Of a DNA stretch of 42,841 nt, positions 30,173 through 40,244 are shown piece after piece. The first letter of the stretch is position 1; every line of letters begins with the position of its first letter. The translations under genes and the position numbers were made by a program. Source of the DNA: a virus; IMG/VR virus record IMGVR_UViG_3300045988_007281; one strand, 5' to 3'. Below the pieces are notes generated by a model. That model did not search any database. It was not told the origin of the DNA and saw only the letters and a list, made by a program, of their open reading frames with translations.

Positions 30173-31167
30173 GCACAAGCAACACCGTCGGGCAGAAAAT
30201 GACCGACGCAGAGCTCGCGAAGCTTGAAAAGCGGATTGCTGCGATATACAGGGAAGCGTATAACGATCTGACGGATACGATCAGGGATTACTTCGGTAAA
30301 TTTGCAGCGCGCGACGCGGTGGAAAAGGAGCGGCTGGACGCTGGCGATATCACAGAGGAACAATACAAGCAATGGCGGCTTGCGCAGATCGGGCGTGGAA
30401 AGCGCTTTGAGGCGCTACGGGATAAGGCCGCCGAGCGCATGACAAATGCAAACGTTGCTGCTGTTGCGTATGTCAACGATGCAACGCCGGGCATTTACAG
30501 TTTGAACCGGAATTTCGCGGCGTACACCATTGAGCAGGTCACCGGTGACGTTGGCTTCGATATCTGGGACGAACAGACCGTGAAGCGCCTGATCTCAGAG
30601 CAGCCGGAGCTTATGCCGTACTATCCGGAAAAGCGGGCGCTCAATCGCGGGATAGATCTTGCATACGGGAAAAAGCAGATCACGGCCAGCGTAACCAGTT
30701 CCATTTTGCAGGGCCGGAGCATCAAAGGCATGGCGGATGATCTGCAAAGCCGCATTACCACCATGAACCGCGACAGCGCCATCCGGACGGCCCGCACAGC
30801 CGTCACTGGCGCACAGAACGCCGGACGTCTGGATTCCTATTATGCTGCCGAGAAAATGGGAATCAAGTGCAGAAAACAATGGATGGCGACGCTCGATGGA
30901 AGAACCCGCCACTCCCACGCCATGCTCGACGGAGAAATCGTCGACAACGACAAGAAATTTTCCAACGGTTGCCGATACCCAGGCGACCCAAACGGCCCAC
31001 CGTCCGAAATCTATAACTGCCGCTGCACGCTGGTATCCGAGATTGAAGGAATCAACGCCTCCGGAGGCAAGCGCCGCGCCAGGAACCAGGCGACCGGACG
31101 GAATGAGCTGATTGAGAATATGAGCTATGCTGAATGGGCAGGGTGGAAAAAGAAAAATGGACGTTAA
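30169..31167 (+). CDS. head morphogenesis protein (SPP1 gp7 / Mu F-like)
   Basis: ..TLDGRTRHSHAMLDGEIV..YPGDPNGPPSEIYNCRCTL motif. Confidence 0.8.
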   Translation: MSTSNTVGQKMTDAELAKLEKRIAAIYREAYNDLTDTIRDYFGKFAARDAVEKERLDAGDITEEQYKQWRLAQIGRGKRFEALRDKAAERMTNANVAAVAYVNDATPGIYSLNRNFAAYTIEQVTGDVGFDIWDEQTVKRLISEQPELMPYYPEKRALNRGIDLAYGKKQITASVTSSILQGRSIKGMADDLQSRITTMNRDSAIRTARTAVTGAQNAGRLDSYYAAEKMGIKCRKQWMATLDGRTRHSHAMLDGEIVDNDKKFSNGCRYPGDPNGPPSEIYNCRCTLVSEIEGINASGGKRRARNQATGRNELIENMSYAEWAGWKKKNGR

Positions 31168-31555
31168 ATTTATCGACAACTCCGAAGAAGTGAAGTCTGC
31201 TATGCACGACGCGCTGCTTCGTGCGCTTGAAAAGATCGGAATGACGGCTGAAAAGTACGCGAAGCGGCTTTGCCCAGTGGACACCGGCAATCTGAGGAAC
31301 AGTATCACGCACCGCGTAGATGAAGGGGAACCGGCTGCATACATCGGAAGTGACACGGAATATGCCGCATACGTCGAACTCGGAACCGGCAAGTATTATC
31401 CGGGTGGGAGACCTACGCCGTGGGCGTATCAGGATGCGAATGGGAACTGGCACTGGACGGCTGGAAACAAAGCACAGCCGTATTTGAAGCCCGCAGCAGC
31501 GGATCATGCGGCGCAATACCGGAAAATCGTCGAAGATGAGATGAAAAACGGATAA
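31157..31555 (+). CDS. HK97 gp10-family protein
   Basis: CPVDTGNLRNSITH..YAAYVELGTG motif. Confidence 0.65.
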   Translation: MDVKFIDNSEEVKSAMHDALLRALEKIGMTAEKYAKRLCPVDTGNLRNSITHRVDEGEPAAYIGSDTEYAAYVELGTGKYYPGGRPTPWAYQDANGNWHWTAGNKAQPYLKPAAADHAAQYRKIVEDEMKNG

Positions 31556-31559
31556 AGAT

Positions 31560-31591
31560 TGCGTCCCAGAGCCATAAATATACGGTATAAG
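31560..31591 (+). promoter_or_regulatory. late box 2: TGCGTCCCAGAGCCA plus a -10-like TATAAG
   Basis: The 15-mer is identical to 21933-21947. TATAAG starts 11 nt after the box. Confidence 0.5.
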
Positions 31592-31592
31592 T

Positions 31593-31631
31593 GTGGTAAC
31601 AGCAAAGAAATGACTGTTGCCACATTTTTTG
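31593..31631 (+). terminator. rho-independent terminator abutting late box 2
   Basis: 10-bp stem GTGGTAACAG/CTGTTGCCAC (one G-U pair), 11-nt loop, then ATTTTTT. Confidence 0.6.
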
Positions 31632-31677
31632 TTCTGTCGCGGCAAAGCACCGCCGACAAGGGAAAGGAAGATAGAAC

Positions 31678-32268
31678 ATGGCACTGACGCGAAAGCTCCT
31701 GAAGGGCATGGGGCTTACAGAAGAGCAGATGGATACGATCATTGAGGCGCACACCGATACCGTCGACGGGCTGAAAAACGACCTTGCACGGTATAAGGCA
31801 GACGCTGAAAAGCTCCCCGGAGTACAGGCGGAGCTTGAAAACCTGAAAGCCAAAGGCGACGATGGCTGGAAGGATAAGCACGACAAGGTCAAAAAGGAAT
31901 TTGAAGACTACAAAAGAGAGCAGATGCAGAAGGAAACCAAGAGCGCGAAAGAATCCGCGTATCGGGAACTTTTGAAGTCTGCGGGTATCAGCGAAAAACG
32001 AATTGATTCGGTTTTGAAGGTCACCGATCTTTCTACGGTTGAATTGGAAGACGGCAAGATCAAGAACGCCGATGATTTGAAGAAGTCCATCAAGGAAGAG
32101 TGGGCAGATTTCGTTGTTACCACGAAACAGAAGGGCGCGGACACCCAAGACCCGCCCGCAAACAACGGCGGCGCTATGAGCCGGGACGACATCTTCAAAA
32201 TCAGGGACGCGTCTGAACGGCAGGCAGCAATTGCCGCAAATCTCAATTTGTTCGGAAAGGAAGAATAA
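31678..32268 (+). CDS. scaffolding protein
   Basis: Charged coiled-coil 196-aa protein immediately upstream of the capsid gene. AAAGGAAG upstream. Confidence 0.75.
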   Translation: MALTRKLLKGMGLTEEQMDTIIEAHTDTVDGLKNDLARYKADAEKLPGVQAELENLKAKGDDGWKDKHDKVKKEFEDYKREQMQKETKSAKESAYRELLKSAGISEKRIDSVLKVTDLSTVELEDGKIKNADDLKKSIKEEWADFVVTTKQKGADTQDPPANNGGAMSRDDIFKIRDASERQAAIAANLNLFGKEE

Positions 32269-32269
32269 T

Positions 32270-33433
32270 ATGGCAGCAAAAAACAACCTGACCATGACGA
32301 GCGACGTTCAGGTAACCGCTCGTGAAATCGATTTTGTAACCCGCTTTGCGCGGAACTGGCAGCACCTGCGCGACATTCTCGGCATTATGCGCCCCATCAA
32401 AAAGCAGCCGGGCACCGTCCTGAAATCCAAGACCGCAAGCGTGACGCTCGCGCAGAGCGTCGGTGAGGGCGAAGAAATCCCCTACTCCAAAGCGACTGTC
32501 ATCGAGAAGGACTATGCGAACATCAACGTCGAAAAGTACGCGAAGGCGGTCTCCATCGAGGCAATCAAGGAATACGGCTATGATGTCGCAGTCGCGATGA
32601 CCGACGAGGCGTTCCTGTATGAGCTGCAGACCAATGTCACCAATCGGTTCTACGATTACCTGAATACCGGACTGCTGACCGTCAGCGAAACCAACTGGCA
32701 GCGCGCGCTTGCGATGGCGAAGGGCGCTGTTATCAACAAGTTCAAGCAGATGCACAGAACCGCTACAAACGTTGTCGGCTTTGTGAACGTCATGGACTTG
32801 TATGACTACCTCGGCGGCGCTGATATCACCATCCAGACTGAGTTTGGATTCCAGTACATCAAGAATTTCATGGGCTACAGCACGGTCTTCCTGCTGTCCG
32901 ACGATGAGATCAAGCGCGGCCGCGTGATCGCGACGCCGGTTGAAAACATCGTTCTGTACTATATCGACCCGGCTGACAGCGATTTCGCCCGTGCCGGTCT
33001 TGACTACAGAACTGATGGCGAAACAAACCTTGTCGGCTTCCACGTGCAGGGCAATTATTCCACCGCCGTCTCCGAGTCCTTTGCGATCATGGGGCTCACC
33101 CTGTTTGCGGAGTACCAGGACGGCATTGCCGTTGCTGACATTGACGAGACCCCGTCGCTCGGCACGCTGACGGTTACCTCTGCGGCGGGCACGGCGACAG
33201 GTGACACGAAGATCACGGTAACGCCCGCGAAGGAAGCAAGCGGCAACGTCTACAAGTACAAGGTAGGCGATTCGGCTGAGACTGTCACCTACGGCCAGAA
33301 CGTCAGAACGTGGCCGACGTGGGACGGCAAGTCCGATGTCACGGCAGCGACGGGCAAGAAGATCACAGTCGTTGAGGCTGACGCGACTTACAAAGCGCAG
33401 AAGGCTGGCAATGCGACGGTAGAGGCGAAGTAA
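32270..33433 (+). CDS. major capsid protein with a C-terminal Ig-like extension
   Basis: 387 aa, directly after the scaffold. C-terminal TLTVTSAAGTATGDTKITVTPA..KITVVEADATYKA resembles a Big_2-type Ig domain. Confidence 0.8.
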   Translation: MAAKNNLTMTSDVQVTAREIDFVTRFARNWQHLRDILGIMRPIKKQPGTVLKSKTASVTLAQSVGEGEEIPYSKATVIEKDYANINVEKYAKAVSIEAIKEYGYDVAVAMTDEAFLYELQTNVTNRFYDYLNTGLLTVSETNWQRALAMAKGAVINKFKQMHRTATNVVGFVNVMDLYDYLGGADITIQTEFGFQYIKNFMGYSTVFLLSDDEIKRGRVIATPVENIVLYYIDPADSDFARAGLDYRTDGETNLVGFHVQGNYSTAVSESFAIMGLTLFAEYQDGIAVADIDETPSLGTLTVTSAAGTATGDTKITVTPAKEASGNVYKYKVGDSAETVTYGQNVRTWPTWDGKSDVTAATGKKITVVEADATYKAQKAGNATVEAK

Positions 33434-33449
33434 TGGGGGTGGCGGTGTG

Positions 33450-33869
33450 ATGCTGACTGAATTATGTGGCGTGCTTCGGAACTGGTTTGAAACTGACAGA
33501 ATCAGTGGCACGTACACGGTCGAAAACGGCAGCATCACACTGCCGTTTTTGCAAAACGGGCAGTTTTTCCGCGTGGTGGGATCTGTTTTCAACGACGGAG
33601 TTCACCAATACCCGGATTACGCGATGGCAGACGAGACATTTGACGGCTCTATCTGGCCGATGGCCGTCCCCTCCGCTGTCCTTGCCCTCGAAGCTGAGAT
33701 CAGAGCATGGCAGGAGAAAAACGGCGACGCAGCAGCAAGCCCGTTCACCTCGGAAAGCTTCGGCGGGTATAGCTACTCGAAGGGATCAAGCGGAAGCACG
33801 TCCGCGAGCGGGACTGTGACATGGCAGACGACGTTTAAGTCGCGCATGAACCAATGGAGGAAGATCTGA
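33450..33869 (+). CDS. head-tail connector (gp6-like adaptor)
   Basis: Position after the capsid gene. 139 aa. Confidence 0.55.
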   Translation: MLTELCGVLRNWFETDRISGTYTVENGSITLPFLQNGQFFRVVGSVFNDGVHQYPDYAMADETFDGSIWPMAVPSAVLALEAEIRAWQEKNGDAAASPFTSESFGGYSYSKGSSGSTSASGTVTWQTTFKSRMNQWRKI

Positions 33870-33870
33870 T

Positions 33871-34221
33871 ATGAGCTTACTTGATGATTTTGCCCGCCCG
33901 TGCGTGCTGCTCGAAAAAAGCCGCACACCGGATGGAGCGGGCGGATATATCACCACATGGACGGATGGCGCGGAGTTTATGAACTATCAGGCGCTTGACA
34001 CGTCCATGGAGGCGCGCAGAGCGGAGAAAGAGGGCGTGACAAGCGTTTACTCGGTGCTTGTGCAAAAGGCCGTACCAATCGATTATAACGACTTCTTCAG
34101 CGACAAGACGACCGGCGAGACGTACCGCGTCACGTCCGAGCCGAAGGACAAACAGACGCCGAAGTCCGCAAGCTTCGCCCTGAAATACTTCACTGCTGAA
34201 AAGAAAGCACTGCCGACATGA
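33871..34221 (+). CDS. head-closure / head-tail adaptor protein
   Basis: Position and size (116 aa) in the connector block. Confidence 0.55.
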   Translation: MSLLDDFARPCVLLEKSRTPDGAGGYITTWTDGAEFMNYQALDTSMEARRAEKEGVTSVYSVLVQKAVPIDYNDFFSDKTTGETYRVTSEPKDKQTPKSASFALKYFTAEKKALPT

Positions 34222-34586
34222 CAAAAGACAAAGCATTGCACGCGTGGTTTTCACAGTTCCTGACGGCGTATCCGACTTCGAGCGTGCCGGACGACGCCGT
34301 TTTCCCGTGGCTGACCTATGAACTGATCACAGGCGCGTGGGACAGCGGAGAAATCGGCCTGACAGTAAATCTGTGGTACTACACCACGCAGGAAGCAGAA
34401 CCGAACGCGAAAGCGCAGGAAATCTCGGACGCTATCGGCTTGGGCGGCGTGTTTGTGCCGTGTGACGACGGCGCAATCTGGATCAAGCGCGGATCTCCGT
34501 GGTGCCAGAACGTCCGGGACGATTCTGATGCAAATATCAAGCGGCGGTACTTGAACATTACAGTCGAGTACATCACCGCAAACTGA
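34218..34586 (+). CDS. tail completion / terminator-like protein
   Basis: ATGA overlap. 122 aa, immediately upstream of the major tail protein. Confidence 0.5.
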   Translation: MTKDKALHAWFSQFLTAYPTSSVPDDAVFPWLTYELITGAWDSGEIGLTVNLWYYTTQEAEPNAKAQEISDAIGLGGVFVPCDDGAIWIKRGSPWCQNVRDDSDANIKRRYLNITVEYITAN

Positions 34587-34599
34587 AAGGACTGATTTC

Positions 34600-35190
34600 A
34601 TGGCAAAATTCACAAAAATACCTGCTGATACCTTCAAGCAGCTGCAAATCAACGCCGGTGTAATTCTGAGCGATTTCACACCGGCGACCGGTGCGTTTGA
34701 ACCAGAAAATCAGCTGGGCGCAACGACCGGCGGCATTACGTTCGCGGCGACACCGACGTTCTCTGACTACGGCGAAGATGTAGATAATTGCCCCAAGAAT
34801 ACACTCGAACTGAAACGGCTGGATGACGTGGACGTAAAGTGTTCCGGAACGTTTGTCACGGTGACGACCACATCTGCCAAATCCCTTATGGCGGCGGCGG
34901 ACATCGACGGCACGGACGCAACGAAAGTTGTTCCGCGCCGTGACCTGGACAGTTCCGACTTCAAGGACATCTGGCTTGTCGGCGACTACTCTGACAAGAA
35001 CGGTGCAACCAATGGCGGCTTTATCGCAATCCGTTTGATGAATGCGCTTTCTACGGGCGGCTTCCAGCTGAAGACTGCCGACAAGAACAAAGGCCAAATG
35101 GCGTTTGAGTACACCGCGCATTACTCGATCTCAAAGCAGGATGTTGTGCCGTATGAGCTGTACATCAAGGCCGGTACGGCAGAAACCTGA
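34600..35190 (+). CDS. major tail protein
   Basis: GAAAGGA upstream. 196 aa, followed by the G/GT chaperone pair and the tape measure. Confidence 0.75.
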   Translation: MAKFTKIPADTFKQLQINAGVILSDFTPATGAFEPENQLGATTGGITFAATPTFSDYGEDVDNCPKNTLELKRLDDVDVKCSGTFVTVTTTSAKSLMAAADIDGTDATKVVPRRDLDSSDFKDIWLVGDYSDKNGATNGGFIAIRLMNALSTGGFQLKTADKNKGQMAFEYTAHYSISKQDVVPYELYIKAGTAET

Positions 35191-35202
35191 TAGGAGGCCG
35201 AT

Positions 35203-35571
35203 ATGAAACTTTCGGAATTCAGCACCGATAAGGCGGCAGATGTCCTCTGCGAAATCAGCGTATACGCGCTGAACATCGTGTCAGACGAAGAACTCAGGGG
35301 AAGCCTGAAAAAGCTGACAGACGACGAAAAGCCGCAGACAGTCGGCGAGAGGTACGCAATCGGCGTGCAGCGCATCGGCCAGTGGATCCCGCTGATCCTG
35401 AAAAAGCATAGAGAAGACGCGTTCAGCATTCTGGCTGTGGTAAACAGCGTGACAGTTGACGCGATCCTGGAGCAGAACGTTCTCGTTACAATGCGGCAGA
35501 TCCGGGAACTGGCAGAGGACAAAGATCTCACTGATTTTTTCAAATCGTGCGCGTCGGAGGCGAAAGCGTAA
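35203..35571 (+). CDS. tail assembly chaperone G
   Basis: AGGAGG upstream. Acidic 122-aa protein with a slippery heptamer near its 3' end. Confidence 0.8.
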   Translation: MKLSEFSTDKAADVLCEISVYALNIVSDEELRGSLKKLTDDEKPQTVGERYAIGVQRIGQWIPLILKKHREDAFSILAVVNSVTVDAILEQNVLVTMRQIRELAEDKDLTDFFKSCASEAKA

Positions 35572-35864
35572 CGCTTGCGCTTCTGGCAGCTCCAAAAATA
35601 AGCGCCGGAGGGCTGATTCGCCTTTTGCCGATTTTAATAAAGCGGCAGAACGAGGAATCAGCCTTTCGCATTTATGCGGCGGAGTGTATGCGCACGATCA
35701 CGGAAAACACAGCGAAATTCGCGGGCGGAAGCTTTGTGCAGGCAAAGTATACCGACATCATCAGCCCGAAGCCGCAGGACAACCGAACCTGCGAGGAGAT
35801 CACCGCCGACGTTGTACGCCGGTGCGGATTGAAGGTGAAAAAATCCAAAGATGAATCTGTTTGA
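35203..35864 (+). CDS. tail assembly chaperone GT (-1 frameshift fusion product)
   Basis: The -1 frame is open from the heptamer to TGA 35862-35864 and overlaps the tape-measure start. Confidence 0.7.
35535..35541 (+). promoter_or_regulatory. -1 programmed frameshift heptamer T_TTT_TTC
   Basis: In the zero frame GAT TTT TTC, giving X_XXY_YYZ. 30 nt before the G stop codon. Confidence 0.75.
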
Positions 35865-37878
35865 ACTTTTTGTAAAAATCGGCGCCGATACGTCCGAGGC
35901 AGACAAGGGCATCGACGAAACCGGGAAGAAAACATTCGGCCTCGGCGAGAAGATTAAAAACGGCCTTGCTACTGTCGGCAAGGCTGCGGTAGTCGGCGTG
36001 ACGGCAGCGGCGACGGCAATCGGCACGATCGGCACAAAGGCGGTCCAGGCATACGCAGACTATGAGCAGCTCGTCGGCGGCGTGGAGACGCTTTTTAAGG
36101 ATAGCCAAGATAAAGTCATGGAGTACGCAAACAACGCGTATAAAACCGCTGGGTTGTCTGCGAATGAGTACATGGAGACGGTGACAAGCTTTTCTGCATC
36201 CCTGCTGCAGTCTCTCGATGGGGATACCAGTGCAGCGGCAGAAAAAGCAAATTTGGCGCTGACTGATATGTCCGATAATGCCAACAAAATGGGATCGGAC
36301 ATGACTTTAATCCAAAATGCATATCAGGGCTTCGCAAAAGCAAACTATACGATGCTTGATAACCTCAAGCTCGGCTACGGCGGCACGCAGGCCGAAATGC
36401 AGCGCCTCCTTGAAGATGCGGAGAAAATTTCCGGTATCAAATACGATATTTCCAGCTATGCGGATATCGTAGATGCAATCCATGTCGTGCAGACCGAAAT
36501 GGGCATCACCGGCACGACCGCAAAAGAAGCCGCGTCCACGATTCAAGGATCTTTCGGCATGGTGAAAGCCGCATGGAAGAACCTCGTGACCGGCCTTGCT
36601 GACCCGGATCAGGATCTCGGAACCCTCGTCGGAAACTTCACGGATTCCGTTGTCGCTGCGGGCAACAACCTGATCCCGCGCATTCAGGAGCTTTTGCCGC
36701 GCATTGTGGAGACGATTACTACGCTGATGGTAACCGTAAGCACGCAGCTTCCGGGCATACTCGGATCCACCCTTCCCTCGCTTATTGAGGGCGCATCAAA
36801 TCTGGTTACCGGGCTTATGTCCGCGCTCCCGGAGATCCTTACCGTTCTGGGCGATATCGCGCCGACGGCAATTGGGATTCTCGTTCCGGCCATAGTCGAG
36901 CTTCTGCCGGAAATCATTCAAACCGGCATAGACGTTGTTATCTCCCTGGTACAAGGCATTTCGGAGACGCTTCCGGAATTGATCCCGGCGGCAACAGAAG
37001 CAATCATCAAAATCGCTGAAACGCTAACCGACCCTGGAAATCTCGGAAATTTGGTAGATGCGGCGCTTGAGATCATCCTCGCTCTGGCGGACGGGATCAT
37101 TGATGCCGTTCCGAGGCTGCTTGAGGTGGCTCCCAAGATTATCACAAATCTCATCACCGCGCTTATTGAAAACTTCCCCAAAATCATCGAATCCGGCGTA
37201 AAGCTTGTTATGTCGCTCGTCGACGGCCTGATTAAATCCATTCCGCAGCTTACTGCGGCTGTACCAAAGCTTATTATCGGAATCGTGCAGGGAATTCTTG
37301 ACAATCTTCCGCAGATCATCATGTCCGGCCCGCAAATCATTATGGCGCTTATTGAGGGCCTTATTAGCGCAATCCCGGATCTTGTCATGTCGATCCCAAC
37401 GATAATCAAATCGATTGTAGATACGTTCCTCGGATACGATTGGGGCAGCATCGGAACAAATATCGTTGACGGTATCAAAAACGGATTTCTGCATATGTGG
37501 GAGAGCCTAAAGCGGACGGTAAGCGATATGGTCGATGGCCTTGTAAGCGGTGTCAAGAGCATCCTCGGTATTGCGTCCCCGTCTAAAGTCTTCGCCGGAA
37601 TCGGCGGCTACATGGCAGAAGGACTTGGACAAGGCTTTGACCGCGAAATGACTGACGTTCGGAAGAATATCGAGGATCAAATGACCTTTGGCACAACATC
37701 CTTCTCCGTGTCCGGCGCGGCAAAGTCCTCCGTCGGTGTTGTGAACGGTCTGCTTGCCAACAATCAGCCGAACCCGCTGACACAGGTGAATCTTGTCGTT
37801 GACGGCCAAACGCTGGCGCGGGTACTGTTTGACCCGCTGCGAGGCGAAATTCTGCAAAGGGGTGTGTCACTTGCGTAG
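35851..37878 (+). CDS. tape measure protein
   Basis: 675 aa, helical and repetitive. Canonical position after G/GT. Confidence 0.85.
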   Translation: MNLFELFVKIGADTSEADKGIDETGKKTFGLGEKIKNGLATVGKAAVVGVTAAATAIGTIGTKAVQAYADYEQLVGGVETLFKDSQDKVMEYANNAYKTAGLSANEYMETVTSFSASLLQSLDGDTSAAAEKANLALTDMSDNANKMGSDMTLIQNAYQGFAKANYTMLDNLKLGYGGTQAEMQRLLEDAEKISGIKYDISSYADIVDAIHVVQTEMGITGTTAKEAASTIQGSFGMVKAAWKNLVTGLADPDQDLGTLVGNFTDSVVAAGNNLIPRIQELLPRIVETITTLMVTVSTQLPGILGSTLPSLIEGASNLVTGLMSALPEILTVLGDIAPTAIGILVPAIVELLPEIIQTGIDVVISLVQGISETLPELIPAATEAIIKIAETLTDPGNLGNLVDAALEIILALADGIIDAVPRLLEVAPKIITNLITALIENFPKIIESGVKLVMSLVDGLIKSIPQLTAAVPKLIIGIVQGILDNLPQIIMSGPQIIMALIEGLISAIPDLVMSIPTIIKSIVDTFLGYDWGSIGTNIVDGIKNGFLHMWESLKRTVSDMVDGLVSGVKSILGIASPSKVFAGIGGYMAEGLGQGFDREMTDVRKNIEDQMTFGTTSFSVSGAAKSSVGVVNGLLANNQPNPLTQVNLVVDGQTLARVLFDPLRGEILQRGVSLA

Positions 37879-38242
37879 AATTAAAATCACGGACGGCACA
37901 AACACAGTCACCCTTCTGCGTGATCTCGTGTTCACGATTCAGCCAAAGGATATTGGCGCAACCGCGACAATGGCATCCGGAAAGACCGTCATGGACATCA
38001 TCGGCGTAAAAAATGAGCTGAAAATCCCGACCGGGTGGCTATCCGTTTCCGATTTGCGGAAGCTCCGCAGCATGATCAACACGAAACACGTGTTGAGCGT
38101 GACATACCCGGATGTAGACGGCGACAAAACACGGGATTTTCTGTTCAGTCAGCCGGAATACAAGGCCATTATTTACGATGAGGACGGGGTTTCCCAATGG
38201 TGCGGCGTGACCATCACCGCAACGCAGCAAGGGGTGGACTGA
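37871..38242 (+). CDS. distal-tail-like protein (TTG start)
   Basis: AAAGGGG 8 nt upstream of TTG 37871. Overlaps the tape-measure stop. 123 aa. Confidence 0.45.
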   Translation: MRRIKITDGTNTVTLLRDLVFTIQPKDIGATATMASGKTVMDIIGVKNELKIPTGWLSVSDLRKLRSMINTKHVLSVTYPDVDGDKTRDFLFSQPEYKAIIYDEDGVSQWCGVTITATQQGVD

Positions 38243-39756
38243 TGCAAAAGGTATCGAGCAATTACGCACCGTTTACACCGGTGCGTGAGGTTGGTATGCT
38301 TGTCCGGTTTTACATTGTCGACCCGTCGGCAAAGAAGAACGGTACGGCCTCTGCATCGGATTCGGCACCAGGCACAAGCGCCGCCGAAACGATCAGCGAC
38401 AGAGAAACCATATCCGGGAAGTTCGCTGGGCTTGAATTAAACCGGTGGGTTCTGGATGGGACAATCGATATTCCGAACGATAGCTTTGACGGGCAGCATA
38501 TTGGCTGGTGGAGCGGAGGAGTATCAAACGAGAGCGCCGAAATGGCAAGCACAATTACGTTTGAATTCTCCGCGCCGGTATCCACGATTGGTTGGGCGAT
38601 GCTGTTTGATGAAAAAATGAACCAATACCCGGCGCAGATCACAATTACCGCGTATGCGAGCGACGGATCGACGGTCGCAGCCGGAACAAAGATGATCACG
38701 CAGGCGCGGCAGAACATCAGCATGACTGCCGCAAATTACACAAAGCTGACGATTCGATTTGACAAGACGTTCCTGCCAAAGACACGCGCCCGGCTGCGGC
38801 AGATCGATTTCGGCCTGACGGAAACCTACGAAAACGACACAATGGCCGACGTGAAGATCATAGAGGAAGCATCCATTTCCTGCGAATCGTTCCCGTCCCG
38901 GCAGATTTCCTTTACATTCGACAACGCGGATCATCGGTACAACATTCTGAACCCGGACGGCGTTTTCTCCGTGGTTCAGGATGGACAGAAATTGCTCGCC
39001 AGATGCATTGTAAACGGAGAGAGCATAGACGTTGGCGAGTTCTTTTTTACGTCCGTAACGGCGCGGGATTCCGGCGTCACGGCACAGCTTGTCGGAAATG
39101 ACATGGCAGCAACACTCGAACGTGCGACATATGAGAATGGAAACGCTACCGCGTGTGAGCTTCAGGCCGCAGTTTCGTCGGTTCTGGATGGATACGACAT
39201 CAATGTTATTTACGGGGATGAGGCTGCAGCAAAAACCGTCGTACCGGCCGTTCCACGCAAAACAACACGCCGAGAAGCGATCCGGCTATTGGCGCAGGCG
39301 GCTATGTGCTCCGCGTGGTTTGATCGATCCGGAAACCTGCACATCGCGGAGCTTTCAGCAGGCGCAGTATTGGGAGAAATAACGCCGGATGAGCTTTATA
39401 ACTATGACGGTGTTTCCATATCTGAGGCAGTCGACTGCGTAGAGTTGCACGTTAAGAGCGACTACGCGAATATCGATACGACAATCACCGCTGGGAGCGG
39501 AAAAAACATCAAGAGCGTAAATAACCCGTGCGTAGCGCCTGCAAACTATCAGAGTGTGGCCGCGTGGCTGCTTGCGCAGTATAATCGCCGAAAGATCTAC
39601 AGCGTGAAAAACCGGGGCAACCCAGCGCTCGAAACCGGCGACACCATCAAAATCTCCGACGCATTCGCACAAAACGAAAATGCTGTGCAGACCGGTATGG
39701 AACTGACGTTCAGCGGCGGCGGGGTTTATGTCGTAACAAAAGGAGTTGGCGCATGA
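38242..39756 (+). CDS. tail tip / baseplate-hub-like protein
   Basis: TGATG overlap. 504 aa in the Tal position. Confidence 0.6.
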   Translation: MQKVSSNYAPFTPVREVGMLVRFYIVDPSAKKNGTASASDSAPGTSAAETISDRETISGKFAGLELNRWVLDGTIDIPNDSFDGQHIGWWSGGVSNESAEMASTITFEFSAPVSTIGWAMLFDEKMNQYPAQITITAYASDGSTVAAGTKMITQARQNISMTAANYTKLTIRFDKTFLPKTRARLRQIDFGLTETYENDTMADVKIIEEASISCESFPSRQISFTFDNADHRYNILNPDGVFSVVQDGQKLLARCIVNGESIDVGEFFFTSVTARDSGVTAQLVGNDMAATLERATYENGNATACELQAAVSSVLDGYDINVIYGDEAAAKTVVPAVPRKTTRREAIRLLAQAAMCSAWFDRSGNLHIAELSAGAVLGEITPDELYNYDGVSISEAVDCVELHVKSDYANIDTTITAGSGKNIKSVNNPCVAPANYQSVAAWLLAQYNRRKIYSVKNRGNPALETGDTIKISDAFAQNENAVQTGMELTFSGGGVYVVTKGVGA

Positions 39757-40244
39757 GCACGATTATCGATACCCTCATCACCAATCGGACGCAGGCGGAC
39801 GTGGAGCGGGTGCGGGAGCTGGCGGCGAAGGGCTTTTCCGCCATGACCGCAGCCGAGCAGGCGGAATGGCTGGCCGGGATGAAGGGCGCGTACAACGCCG
39901 CTGATCTCGATCGCGTGGGAACCGCCCTGAACTATCTGGCGGCGCGCCTCAGCTCGATCTGCGGCAAGAGCATCGCGTGGACGGCTAAAACCGATTGGGC
40001 CGTAACGGACATTATAACGGCCTCACAGGCCGAGGCATACCGCAAGCAGATACAGGACATTCGCGACGCGCTTGCGTATCCTGCCGGGACGCCGGACGTG
40101 CCGCAGCTGGCGCGCCTGACCTACATCGGCGCGAATGATATCGAGCGCATTCTTGCGCTCTGCGAAGACTTAATCGTCAACGTTGCAAAATCTTTTCGCC
40201 ACACCGGCGCGGCGGAGTGCGCCGCAGGAGGATTACTCACATGA
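39753..40244 (+). CDS. tail-fibre-associated protein
   Basis: ATGA overlap. ITNRTQADVERVRELAAKG..MKGAYNAADLDRVGTALNYLA pattern, seen upstream of fibres in Clostridia phages. Confidence 0.55.
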   Translation: MSTIIDTLITNRTQADVERVRELAAKGFSAMTAAEQAEWLAGMKGAYNAADLDRVGTALNYLAARLSSICGKSIAWTAKTDWAVTDIITASQAEAYRKQIQDIRDALAYPAGTPDVPQLARLTYIGANDIERILALCEDLIVNVAKSFRHTGAAECAAGGLLT

